DNA of 64,000 nt from a virus: positions 1 to 64,000 of IMG/VR virus record IMGVR_UViG_3300040751_004835. One strand, 5' to 3'. Position 1 is the stretch's first letter, and every line of letters begins with the position of its first letter. Under the pieces are notes generated by a model, which saw only the letters and a program-made list of their open reading frames with translations, had not been told where the DNA came from and made no database searches. Position numbers and translations under genes: made by a program. This document shows positions 20,867 through 32,000 of this stretch, one piece after another.

Positions 20867-21493
20867 TTAGAAAGAATATAGTAGGCTCAAAACCTCATCG
20901 ATAGAATCGTGTCTATGATTGTCCCTTAGAGCAATCGAGTATACGTATTGGGATCCCTTTAACTTCGGTACTTCGTGTATAGCTGAATCGTTATTGAACT
21001 TAAGATCAATTTGTTGACCGTCGCCACAAAGAATCATTGTAGAGTGTTTACCCAACCTTCCAAGAACCATACCTAATTGTTGTTTAGTCAGGTTTTGGAA
21101 TTCATCAACTATAACAATAGACCTTTCAAAAGTTCTTCCTCTGAAGTGTGTTAGTGAAACCAATTCAATGGTTTCATCTTTTTCCATCTTTTCTAAGTGG
21201 TCTGGTTTATTATAGACCTTTCTCATATTGGACCTAATGGGAACTAGCCAAGGTTCCATCTTTTCCTCAAGTGAACCTGGAAGAAATCCATTATCCTCGT
21301 TTGATACCGTAGGCCTGGTAATAACTATTTTTGCACATTGTTTTTTAAAAAACATGTCCAAAGCTATTTGCACTGCTAATAGTGTTTTTCCACTCCCTGC
21401 CTTTCCAGTAACAAAGTTAAACGGGTGAAGTAGAATTTGTGCTTTTGCCTGCTTTTGCTCTTCTGAGAGAGTTAGTGAGAATTTTTTGTCCAC
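20867..21493 (-). CDS. phoH: PhoH-family ATPase
   Basis: GKAGSGKT Walker A; ITRP..GFLPGSLEEKMEPW; RGRTF..IVDEFQN; GDGQQIDL. Confidence 0.93.
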   Translation of the reverse strand: MDKKFSLTLSEEQKQAKAQILLHPFNFVTGKAGSGKTLLAVQIALDMFFKKQCAKIVITRPTVSNEDNGFLPGSLEEKMEPWLVPIRSNMRKVYNKPDHLEKMEKDETIELVSLTHFRGRTFERSIVIVDEFQNLTKQQLGMVLGRLGKHSTMILCGDGQQIDLKFNNDSAIHEVPKLKGSQYVYSIALRDNHRHDSIDEVLSLLYSF

Positions 21494-21507
21494 TGAGTAA
21501 ATTTATT

Positions 21508-22269
21508 TTATTGATTGTATGTGATTTGCCAGCCGTAGTTTTCGACTAGATCTTTAAGCATTGGGCTTTTTAGGTGTTTAATTTGGTCGAATAGATTGTG
21601 CTCGTCGCTTCCATTTTTGAATTTTGCCGAACTTTTCTTTAGTTCATATCCGTGGTAATGGTTTGCAAAGAATGATAGCCATAAATCTTCGATAAACCAA
21701 TATTTTTCTGGGCACTTAAAAAGTTCATCCTCCCTGAATATATCCATATCGCAAACCATTCCTCCGGTTCCACAGTAATCAACAGAATCTCCACCAGAAA
21801 CGTTTATCCTATTGGCAGCACCGTAGTAGTTAAGTGTTTTAATTTTCCATGCCCATTGTGAAGATATCTGCTTTTTTGAGGATTCTTTTAAGAAGATGTC
21901 TAACGAATCTGCTTCGAATGTTTGATCGTCATCTATAAAGACACAAAAGTCTAAGCGGCTTTCCATGTCGAGTAGATGTTTTGCCAAAAAGAATCTCCCA
22001 AAACCGCCTATGTTTTCTTTGCTGTGTATTATACTGCAACTAAAATTTGCGTTTTCTGAAAGTATTTTCTGAAAGGATTCTGATTTTTCCTGATTGTTAT
22101 TCCATACAAATAGATGGAAGTTTTTGAAATTCTGATTGTTAAGCTGCTGAACGACTCTTAAAAACCCATCCTCCCTTTTCCAAGTACACATGATTACTGG
22201 TAGGATCTTTTCGCTAAGTGATGTAGTATTTGTATTGAGTTGAATTAGTTCCTTCTCTTCTATTAACAT
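21508..22269 (-). CDS. Glycosyltransferase, GT-A/family 2-like
   Basis: VIMCTWKR, ENIGGFGRF, FIDDD (DxD), CGTGGM and IEDLWLS motifs. Confidence 0.75.
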   Translation of the reverse strand: MLIEEKELIQLNTNTTSLSEKILPVIMCTWKREDGFLRVVQQLNNQNFKNFHLFVWNNNQEKSESFQKILSENANFSCSIIHSKENIGGFGRFFLAKHLLDMESRLDFCVFIDDDQTFEADSLDIFLKESSKKQISSQWAWKIKTLNYYGAANRINVSGGDSVDYCGTGGMVCDMDIFREDELFKCPEKYWFIEDLWLSFFANHYHGYELKKSSAKFKNGSDEHNLFDQIKHLKSPMLKDLVENYGWQITYNQ

Positions 22270-22293
22270 GTTTTATGTCTTTGGAAATGGTTT

Positions 22294-22301
22294 GATATAT
22301 A
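22294..22301 (+). promoter_or_regulatory. Putative phage promoter GATATATA
   Basis: Recurring octamer in the divergent gap upstream of 22336. Confidence 0.6.
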
Positions 22302-22335
22302 TTCAAAACTAAAGAAATCAAAATAATTACAAAAA

Positions 22336-23226
22336 ATGGCTACAGTAAATACTACTTCCATTCTTGGCTCTGATTCGATTTCTGCATCGAGAACAACTAT
22401 TAATTCAAATTTCCTTACCCTGGAGAATTGGATTAATAACTATAACACTGTTTTTGGTCTAGATACTGTCAACGGAATCATTAACCTATCGGGTGCTTCA
22501 ACAGGAAGAATTTCTGCTAAAACTGGAAAGTTCGATTCTATTATCGTACCAAGCGGGGGAACAGCTTTAGCTCAGATTAATTCGTCTGGTGCTGGATCTT
22601 TTACAACCGTTTCGACTACCAACTTAACAGGAAGCGGGACAATCAGCTTTGGTCCAGGAAGCACTTTAACACAAAGTGGAACCTCTACTTTTTCTGGAAC
22701 GACAACTTTAAGTGGATCTACCACATTAAATAACACAATGACCTTGGGTCCAGTTGGTAATTTTGCCTGTGGAAACACTGTTGGTGCTAGTGGAGCTACA
22801 GCGGGAACAACATTCCCTTCTTCCGCAACCGGTGGCGGTGGAGGTAGAGGAACTTCGTCTGGTAATCCTTATGTTATCACAGCTCAAGAAGATGTGATTT
22901 ATGCACAGTGTTCTTCCGGCTTCTATATGAGTGTTGGAACTGACGGAGCAACAGGAGCTAATTTACCTGCTGGTTTAAGAATTACCGTCGTAAACACAGA
23001 AACTTCTGCTGGTTCTATTAAAACCGGTGTCCAGGGATCAAACTATACCGGCTTTAATACAGCTAGTGGATATGGTCAATTCCCTTCTACTGGAATTACT
23101 GTTGATGCCAACAGACCTTATCAATCTTCTATTCAACTCCAATGGGAACCAAGGATCGGTAAGGATAGCGGTAGCCAAGAAGGATCTTGGGTAGTACTTG
23201 GATCTTCAAATATGTCTTTTGCATAA
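22336..23226 (+). CDS. Gly/Ser/Thr-rich short fibre-like virion protein
   Basis: N-terminal ILGSDSISASRTTINSNF fibre-anchor-like motif; beta-rich G/S/T body. Confidence 0.55.
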   Translation: MATVNTTSILGSDSISASRTTINSNFLTLENWINNYNTVFGLDTVNGIINLSGASTGRISAKTGKFDSIIVPSGGTALAQINSSGAGSFTTVSTTNLTGSGTISFGPGSTLTQSGTSTFSGTTTLSGSTTLNNTMTLGPVGNFACGNTVGASGATAGTTFPSSATGGGGGRGTSSGNPYVITAQEDVIYAQCSSGFYMSVGTDGATGANLPAGLRITVVNTETSAGSIKTGVQGSNYTGFNTASGYGQFPSTGITVDANRPYQSSIQLQWEPRIGKDSGSQEGSWVVLGSSNMSFA

Positions 23227-23243
23227 TAAAAAAAATTAGATAA

Positions 23244-25454
23244 ATGGCAAAAACTCCATTTATAAGGCCTCTTCAAGTACAGGGTGGAACTTTCTACGCA
23301 TTTTCTTCTGCTGCTGAAGATCTGTCTTTTACGTTTAACAATTCGGTTGATAAGTTCAAGTTTTCAAAATTTGCTCTTCTTAACATCCCAGATATTAATT
23401 CTGGTGATCCCTTGGGCAATAGCATTAAGCTAAATGCTCCAGATAGTGCCTTTTTGGATTATGCAACAAGTGCTGGAAACATTATTACTGGTAATGCCAA
23501 TACTGATTTCTCACAAAGTTTCCAGAGCTACTGTTTGAATGTTGAAACTACAATCCTAAGTGGGGATGATTACGATCCCAGCCTAAAGCAAAATATTTCC
23601 GAAAGGGTATTTTTCAAATGGCTTAAGGAAGTAGGTGCTATAAGATACCAACCAGCATCCTCGGATCAGGTAGTTGCTACTCTAGATCAAAATACTGTTA
23701 TTACTATAAATGACTTACCTTCCACCCAGAAAAGGTATGTTGAAGGTGACCCCTCCGGAGGAACTGGATCATACGGATTAGCAGGTTCAACATACAATAG
23801 GGTAGTTCAGTATATTGGTAATCTTGATATTGTAAACTCCGTCAAGAACAACAACAACACTTATTCAGAAGTGTATGTTCACGTTCCGACTAAAGACGGT
23901 AACACACCAACGGTACTTTTTAAAAATTTAGTTGATTCAAATTATTATCCAGATTTCCAATGGACGAATAACCCAGCGGATCCTTTGGATAAAGAATATT
24001 TGACTGGGAGATCTTATGATGAATTAAATCCGAGCGGGTTAACCAATTTAGCTATCTTCGATGATGATGTTTTAGGTTCGCCGAGTGTTACGTTCTCTGA
24101 TACCACTGACGGATCAACAGGAAGCGGTAACTGGTATGCCCCTAGGGATACAGCAAACACATATTTCACTGATTCAACATTTGTTGATCCAACTTCTCTT
24201 ATTATTTCAAAATCTGTTTCTGGAGCAACAGCTGGTGTTGGATTTCAGAGATATGTAAGAACCAAATTAGATTCAATTGGAATCGATTTCGACCCGGATT
24301 CTTATAAACAGATTGTTGATGATGCATCAATTTCAACATTAGAGGAGTTCAACTCTACTTCTATCTCAGAGGATTTCGAGTTTAATGCGGTGCTTATCTA
24401 TTATGATGTCTATGACCCAGCAGATCCTACAAATTCAGCCACAAACCTTTATGGGGTTTTATTCCTGGATGATGTACAGACAACTGGAACTAATGTTTAT
24501 AGCATACCTAGATTCCAAAAGTACAAACCAAATATAGTTACCAAGTTAAATGGTAACTCTTACGGTCTGAAGCTAAATATCAAATTTGATGTTGACATCG
24601 ATCAGACTGGGGTTGAGCAGGCAATCAATGATTATTCCCCATTCTCTCTAACGATGTTTATGGATGCTGTGAATGTTTTACAAGATGCTTCAAGCACTCT
24701 TAACAATAACGCAGCAAGTTATATTGATCTGGAAAGAAGAGTCTCTGAGATGGAAAACTTGCTACTTACACAAGACACCTCTACAACATTGGATAGGAGA
24801 ATTACAAGCTTGGAAAGCTCCTATGCAGCTAACCAGGCCCTTTTCAACAACACCCAATCTGTAATGGGATTGATTACTCAAAATTATGAGTTAATCCGGG
24901 CTATTATCAATAATGAGACTTCAGTTGAGATCTCATACAATTTGGATACTATCAAGCAAGGTTCTGGAGTTATAGTAAATCGATCGGTACCTAACCAGGT
25001 TATTATCGAAAACAATAACCAGGAGTTTAACATCGGACCTAATAATGGAACAGTCACCTTACAAAATACCTCTTCTAACAGAATAGGTCTTAAAACCTTT
25101 GGTAACTATGTAAAGCACGTAAATAATGGTACTCCAATAACTCTTACCTCTGATCTAACGATAAGAATTGATGACTCTGTCGTTAACTGGAAGAAAGGAC
25201 AGGCTATGAAATTCAGCTTTGGGGACCAAATTATTCCTGGTGACTTCACCATCAATTTCTTAACTAATGCGGTTGGAAAATATCCAATTAGCAATCCTAG
25301 CGGGGTAGCTTATTCTAACTTGATAATTTCCCTGGTAGATTCTGATATTTCTTCCTATGAGTATATGCCAGTTATTGAGATCATTTGTATCGATAACGAG
25401 AATCTGATCTTCCAGGCTGATATAGTAGGAAAAAGCTTAACAAATAATGGATAA
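23244..25454 (+). CDS. Virion structural protein
   Basis: 736 aa within the structural operon; internal coiled coil (LERRVSEMENLL..LDRRITSLE). Confidence 0.5.
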   Translation: MAKTPFIRPLQVQGGTFYAFSSAAEDLSFTFNNSVDKFKFSKFALLNIPDINSGDPLGNSIKLNAPDSAFLDYATSAGNIITGNANTDFSQSFQSYCLNVETTILSGDDYDPSLKQNISERVFFKWLKEVGAIRYQPASSDQVVATLDQNTVITINDLPSTQKRYVEGDPSGGTGSYGLAGSTYNRVVQYIGNLDIVNSVKNNNNTYSEVYVHVPTKDGNTPTVLFKNLVDSNYYPDFQWTNNPADPLDKEYLTGRSYDELNPSGLTNLAIFDDDVLGSPSVTFSDTTDGSTGSGNWYAPRDTANTYFTDSTFVDPTSLIISKSVSGATAGVGFQRYVRTKLDSIGIDFDPDSYKQIVDDASISTLEEFNSTSISEDFEFNAVLIYYDVYDPADPTNSATNLYGVLFLDDVQTTGTNVYSIPRFQKYKPNIVTKLNGNSYGLKLNIKFDVDIDQTGVEQAINDYSPFSLTMFMDAVNVLQDASSTLNNNAASYIDLERRVSEMENLLLTQDTSTTLDRRITSLESSYAANQALFNNTQSVMGLITQNYELIRAIINNETSVEISYNLDTIKQGSGVIVNRSVPNQVIIENNNQEFNIGPNNGTVTLQNTSSNRIGLKTFGNYVKHVNNGTPITLTSDLTIRIDDSVVNWKKGQAMKFSFGDQIIPGDFTINFLTNAVGKYPISNPSGVAYSNLIISLVDSDISSYEYMPVIEIICIDNENLIFQADIVGKSLTNNG

Positions 25455-25470
25455 AATTTTATAAACTAAA

Positions 25471-28400
25471 ATGGCATCAACACAAAATTCAATTAGTTCT
25501 CTAGTAGCTCAGTTTTTAAGACTGCAAAAAAATTCATTGGAGATAATTAACGGTCTAAATGAGGTAGCAACCTCTACAAATGAAAATGTGCAGATTGAGT
25601 TGCTAGACGAAAATGGTTTGCCATCTTTCGCAAGTATTCCTGCTTATGGATACTTAAGGAGTGAGATCGAGCGTCTCGATTCTAATATTCAGTCATTAGC
25701 AGGACTAGGTGATAACTTTGCTACCGTTAGAAATCCCGATGGTACATACAGCCAAGTTTATAAATCGCAGCCATTAAAGGACCCAACTCCACTGTCGAAC
25801 CTTCAGGTACCAAGTACATTCTCAACAAGGGATAATTGGTTCTTCGAAAGTTTTCTTAGCCCGTTGCTTTATGTTACAATAGATGTAACTGGACAAATAG
25901 CTGACGATGCTGATCGTGTAAGGGTTAAAAGAATTATTGCAAACACCAATACAGACGAGAAGAAGGCCTATTTTGATAACAACCTAAACGGAAGGAACGA
26001 TCTAACTGAACAAGGATTTATCAATGAACTTGATGATGCTGGGATAACCTATTTTGTTGATGAGGATAATATCGATCTTCCTTTGAGATCTATTAGAAAC
26101 AAAGGTTCGTTTGGTGTACTTTCTTTTTATGATGATGTAGTAACTATTACAGATGCTAATGGAAATCAAGTTGAAGAAACTAGAAGGAATTACAAACTTA
26201 ACACTGTCAACTACACAGACACAACATCTAATGTACAGAATGGAAGGACATTAGCGGTTGGAGATACGTTGTTAACTAATGACGGAACACGCTATTTGAT
26301 AACCTCTGTAAATATCCAGGAAACCTCTGTACAACTTAAAAGATCCTCTGGATACCAGCCAGTACAAATCGGAGACAATAATTTGACTCTTGAATCTTCT
26401 CAATTAAGTCCTAGAGTTATTGAGGTAAATGTAGGGTTTGACGAAAGACAGGGTATTTTCTTTAAAAAGATCGATGACAATTTTAATGTTATCGGTTCCT
26501 CTTGGTCAACGGGTATAGTGATTTATAGTAATCAACTTACTACAAACACTAATTCGGGAGTTCAAACATTAGAACAATTTTACCTAACCTCCGTTGCCGA
26601 TTTGGGTCAGATTTTCCTTGGCATGGCGAAGGAGAAAAAGATTAACGCAATAAATGGACTTGTGCCTGATAGTCCTTCTGTTGCTGCTACAAATTTTAGG
26701 GTTGTCCAGGTAAATACACAATTAACTGAAGGCACCGATGTACAAACCTTAAATGATAAGGTAGCTCTAAAATCTACTTTACAATCGGAGATTCAACAGA
26801 TTGATAATTCGATTAATCAGGCCAGGACAGATCTTAATTCTGTATCATCAACTAATGTTTTAGCAAACAATGTTACAAACATTTCTCAAACATCATTAAA
26901 TACACAGGCTTCAAGTTCTGCTCTTGCTTCGCTTAATTCTCTAACTCAACAGAGAGTCCAAAAGCAACAATTACTTTCATCGGTTGTGAATGATATTACA
27001 TCAATAGCAGAGACTAATCCTGCATTGACTGTGGAGCCAAAATATAGGGTAAGAGGTTTTTGGCCAATCCCACCTCCTAAATCAAGTACCGTGACTGGAG
27101 ATCAGAGTGTGATTCAGTTTATTATACAGTATAGGTACCTATCGGAAGCTGGAGCTTCTCCTGCAGTACAACAGATAGGTTACACTGACGAAAATGGGCA
27201 GGAAAAAACTGGGGCCTTTTCTAATTGGACTGAGATAAAATCAGAACTCAGAAAAAAAGTATATGATCAGAATACTGGTACCTACATTTGGGCTCCAGAG
27301 GACACTGATAATGCAGATGCTACCAACATCAATCAACTTGACATCCCAATCACTAAAGGTGAACGCGTTGAAATAAGAATTAAATCTGTTTCAGAAGCTG
27401 GATGGCCAGACAATCCACTAACATCGGATTTTTCTTCTCCCGTGGTGGTAACGTTCCCAGAGGATCTTTCAACACAAAGTACCACACAAAGTGTTAGTAC
27501 TAACCTTAAGGATGAAGCAATACTTGCAATTCAGGAGGATCTTAATGCTAAAGGGATTGATGGTCTTTTAAATCAGCAGGTACAGACCGCAGATAAAACC
27601 TACTACCTTGGAACCTCGTCTATTTTAAGCGGATATTATGATAGCTCTGGTAATCCTTTGGATCTTTTCCAAAAATTGAACGAGCTCCAGGATCAAATTA
27701 ATTCTCTGCAGGCTACAATTGGTAATGTTACTGGATCGCTAGAGGTTTACGTCGTTAGTGGATCAAATTCTCAGCTTGTTTCGAATGGATCAACAGTCAA
27801 TCTAAATGCTGGCTATTTTGATCAGATCTACCAGAACGCTTCAACCTCTGATGCAGGTAAGATAGCTTCAACTGTTTACGAGATCAAAATTATTAATACC
27901 TCTGCAGGTTTATTAGAACTTTCTTCCATACTACCTGGTGGGTTATCTACTCTTGCTGGTACAAGCTCTACTTATTCTTTACCGGATGGATATACAACTA
28001 ATTTAAGATATGGTGAAGTACCAATTTCAGTTACTTCTTTGAGTACCGCTGATATTATACCAACTGGATCAACTGGTGGTGCTAATAACGACTCATTCAA
28101 AGAATTTAGACAAGCACCACCATACGCTTCTGGTAATTCTAACAGTCAGTTTATCTACCCAAGGTGGAAGTCAGTAGGCTTTGATGCTCAGCTTTATAAT
28201 GTACCTGCATCTTTTTCTGCATCTTATGACTATACCGGGGATTCGAGTGGATTGCCAAGAAACGGAAGTCAGCTTTTGCCTTTTGATCCTACCGATTCTT
28301 CGGTTCCTACCGCATCAGGAACTGACGCAAATGTTTGGAATGGAACATTTTCTGGTGTGACCGGAAGTTATACTGGAAATGGAAATGGAACCCTAAGCGA

Positions 28401-29025
28401 ATTCTGTATTCATAAGAATCATCCAGATCTAACAACCGGGTTATCTTTCACAAATCTTGTGAAACCAAACTTCAGCGGGGGAGTGGTAGTTTACCCTTAT
28501 TTCAGGCAATCAGACTACTTCCATTTGGATACAACCGTTGTTAACAGCTTCCAGCAACTTGGATATCAGCAAGTTTCTGTAGATTTTGCCCAGGGTGCAA
28601 CTGCATCGAGAGAAGATGCCATGTACCCGAATAAGCTTGGGTTTACTGCTAATGACGAGTATTTGATTGGAAGGTACACGTGTGGATCTTACCTATTCTT
28701 AGGTCCACCAACAGCATCTACCATACAAGTTGAGGGATCAACACAGCTGGCCTCAAAATATGTCAAAAGTGGAGACAAAAATGCTATCAATATTCCTTTA
28801 ATATTCCAATTTAGAGCTAATGATAAATTAGGTTATATCGGCGGTTTTAGAGCGGATGGAAACCCAACAAACATAACATACACCAAAAAAGCTGGAATAG
28901 ATATACAGGTAAGAAACCAAAGTCCTTTCTCTTTTGATGTTGTTGTGACTGGAAAGTATAAAAATGATACACTCTCAGCTCCTAATTTTGCATCTATTGG
29001 ACAAAATATGGGAGGGGATTTTTAA
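25471..29025 (+). CDS. Large virion structural protein with coiled coils
   Basis: 1184 aa; N/Q/S/T-rich coiled-coil segments; context. Confidence 0.5.
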   Translation: MASTQNSISSLVAQFLRLQKNSLEIINGLNEVATSTNENVQIELLDENGLPSFASIPAYGYLRSEIERLDSNIQSLAGLGDNFATVRNPDGTYSQVYKSQPLKDPTPLSNLQVPSTFSTRDNWFFESFLSPLLYVTIDVTGQIADDADRVRVKRIIANTNTDEKKAYFDNNLNGRNDLTEQGFINELDDAGITYFVDEDNIDLPLRSIRNKGSFGVLSFYDDVVTITDANGNQVEETRRNYKLNTVNYTDTTSNVQNGRTLAVGDTLLTNDGTRYLITSVNIQETSVQLKRSSGYQPVQIGDNNLTLESSQLSPRVIEVNVGFDERQGIFFKKIDDNFNVIGSSWSTGIVIYSNQLTTNTNSGVQTLEQFYLTSVADLGQIFLGMAKEKKINAINGLVPDSPSVAATNFRVVQVNTQLTEGTDVQTLNDKVALKSTLQSEIQQIDNSINQARTDLNSVSSTNVLANNVTNISQTSLNTQASSSALASLNSLTQQRVQKQQLLSSVVNDITSIAETNPALTVEPKYRVRGFWPIPPPKSSTVTGDQSVIQFIIQYRYLSEAGASPAVQQIGYTDENGQEKTGAFSNWTEIKSELRKKVYDQNTGTYIWAPEDTDNADATNINQLDIPITKGERVEIRIKSVSEAGWPDNPLTSDFSSPVVVTFPEDLSTQSTTQSVSTNLKDEAILAIQEDLNAKGIDGLLNQQVQTADKTYYLGTSSILSGYYDSSGNPLDLFQKLNELQDQINSLQATIGNVTGSLEVYVVSGSNSQLVSNGSTVNLNAGYFDQIYQNASTSDAGKIASTVYEIKIINTSAGLLELSSILPGGLSTLAGTSSTYSLPDGYTTNLRYGEVPISVTSLSTADIIPTGSTGGANNDSFKEFRQAPPYASGNSNSQFIYPRWKSVGFDAQLYNVPASFSASYDYTGDSSGLPRNGSQLLPFDPTDSSVPTASGTDANVWNGTFSGVTGSYTGNGNGTLSEFCIHKNHPDLTTGLSFTNLVKPNFSGGVVVYPYFRQSDYFHLDTTVVNSFQQLGYQQVSVDFAQGATASREDAMYPNKLGFTANDEYLIGRYTCGSYLFLGPPTASTIQVEGSTQLASKYVKSGDKNAINIPLIFQFRANDKLGYIGGFRADGNPTNITYTKKAGIDIQVRNQSPFSFDVVVTGKYKNDTLSAPNFASIGQNMGGDF

Positions 29026-29052
29026 TTACTAAATAAAGGAATAAAACTTTAG

Positions 29053-32000
29053 ATGGCTTCACCAAAATTATTTGATTACAATTCCTCTTTTGGACTTCTA
29101 AGAACAAACCCCAAATTAACGGGAAATGTAAAAGTTTCTTTGGATTCATCTGGTGGAGTTTGGCTAAACTCCTTTAATGCCAATCCAACGCTTAGTTCTG
29201 AGAGGTTTAAGAAGTTTCAAGTTACTGGAAAGGATTCTTATGCAACTGATATTTATAACTTTTTTGATAAGGGTGCTTTAGCTAATGATCTGATATTCCA
29301 AGTTGGTGAATTTACTGACGGGAGTTCCAAAGCCCAAGAGGACTTTGAATTTCAGTATGATTTTTTTTATGGAAGTGGAGCTTCTACCCTGATTGATAAA
29401 AATTATACTGAGAATTTCAGATATTTTCAGCCCCTTTGGTTGAGAAACGAGTTGCCTGAATTTTTTGTCATATTTAAAATACCAGAGCCATTAAGCTATC
29501 CATATACTACAAATGTAACTAGGATTAGGGAATCAATTAGTTATAAATTAATTCAAGATCCTGATTCAACGGAGACTTTTCAAATAGCATATGGTAAGGA
29601 CAACTCAGGTCTTGATATTTTATACAAGGCAAATCAAATCTTTGATGGAGTAAATCTTTACAGCACCTATCGTGTGGTTTCTGGTTCTGGAAAGGTCGTT
29701 GAAATGAACGAACTTAAGTTCCAAAATGATGTTGATGACGTCGAGGGATTTTTTAATTCTAAGATTCTACCCCATGCAAAAGTAATAGCAACATATGATT
29801 TAAGGTCTGAGACTAAGATTGGGCAGTACATCAGGGGTATTGTTAACAATAAAAATTACAAAAAATCCCCGATTGATTTCTCTTTCCAACAGAATACTTA
29901 CACATATTACAATGGAGTGAGCATTAAGGATGGTGTTTTTACAGAGAGGGGCGAGCTTCTATATGATTATTTGGTAAGCCCACAAGCATCTATCCAATCT
30001 GATTTTGAAAACTACGTTACTGACGGGTTTCAAAGAAATGGAGTTGTTTGTCCGAATGTGCTGAACATGGAATTTCTATTTAACGATCCAGATTCAGATT
30101 TATATACAATCAACAGATATTTTGGTTTTTATGTCTCCAAAAACGATCTTGGTGAGTTTTTCTTAAATGGCGATTATTTTTTCGATTTCAAGAATAGTCC
30201 AGACAATTTAAATTTACCAAAGCCGTCTAGAAATAATTTGGGGCATTATGAAGATAATAGACCAAATTTCCAAAGTAGCACTGGTGGAGTAAGATTGTAT
30301 TACGAGGGAGCCTCTGGGTGGATTCCCGGTTCGTATGATACCAATGTTAACGATCCACAGAAGCTTTATTACATCACAGATAAGAGCGACAATTTTTATT
30401 CTCTAAAAAGGTTTGAGAATTATAACAGAACTACTAAAACCTGGGAGAACAATACGCCAGGATATGCTACCTATGGTCCTTATGATAATGGTACCTTTGG
30501 AGTAACCGGAAATGTAAACCTTCCTACTGGATCCCTTGTAATAGGCAATAAGTCAATCAATCTACAGGCATTCACAGGATATGGTGATAAGATTGGGTCA
30601 ATCAAAGGGATTTTACCAGGTTCAAGGGGAAGAGCAAACATTGGAATTGAATTCTTAATAAACGAGCCATTAAACGGAGAGGTAGTCTTTAAGCTATTTT
30701 GGCCGAATGGAACAAGATCTGAATCCGCTGGAAGATATGATTTAATTAAAACTGGAGAATTTGGTGGAACCCTTGTAGGATGGAAAGCCGGATCATCTTA
30801 TAATATAGGGAACAATCATTATTTCAATGCAATTGACGGAAATACTAAACAGATAGCTTCTGCTTTTTGTGATTGCGTAAATTCAATAAGTGATGTGGTT
30901 TGGAATTCTGCTCCAAGCTCATCCACCTCGGTAATCAGAACCAAAGCTAGTGGTACAAAAGTTAATCGTGAGTATAGAGTTGTAATCTACGATGACTATG
31001 CAACATTTGAATCTGAATATGTTGGATTATGGAACAACACAAGCGGATATTCTACTGGTGATGTTGTTATGTCACAAAACAATTACTACAAAGCTAAAAT
31101 CAATATCTCGCCATCTACTCCAGGATCTCCTAATGCAGATCCAGCCATAGATACTACTAGCTGGGAAATTTATTCAACATTTTCTCAATCTGGGTTTGTT
31201 AAGATAGGCGGTGTTGATGCATCAACCCTCTCTGGTGCTGTATCATTTAGCGGCGGAACAGATTATGCACTTTCTAGAGTTTCTTTTGGATCCTCTGAGA
31301 AAGATAAGGTTGTTGTTGGTAATTATATTGAGGTCAAGAGTGGAACTGGTGTCACCGGTGGTGCATCAGCGATAGAAACCGTTACTCCGTATGTTGATGA
31401 TCCAATTTTTGATGTAAATGGAAAGGTAACTGGGTTTAATGGCTATGATGAATTACTTACCGCAAGTTTAAAAGACCAAAAGTCTGTTATTGATCTTGGT
31501 ACTAGCCAATCTTTTAATCTCTATGAAATGCCAAAGATTAAGACGGGAGTATTCTCTTTCTTTGATATCAAGGATTTTGATTTTGATTTTTGGTCTTCCT
31601 CCTACGGAGAAACCCCGACTCCCGAATTCCACCGATACTTTCAGTTGATATCCGAAGTAAATGGACAGATCAAATCTGGTGTTAAGTATATAGTCCAATC
31701 TGGAGAGATCTTAGTTGATAATGGAACTGGGAGTCAAAGGACCTTAACCACTGGTCAAGCTTTTATAGGAACTTCGGTAAGTTATTTCGAAGATATTGGC
31801 TTTAGTAATACTGGTGCTACCTCAATTGTTGTACCTGCAATATTTACACAATCTGGTTGGAAGGATGCTTCATCACTATATAAGGGGGTAAAAGCCGAGG
31901 AGAACCTCGATTCATTTGATGGATTTTTCGGAATTCAGTCGATTAACGAGACCCAAGCAATTTCTCAAGCTAACACCAAAGAATATATTTTTAATTACGG

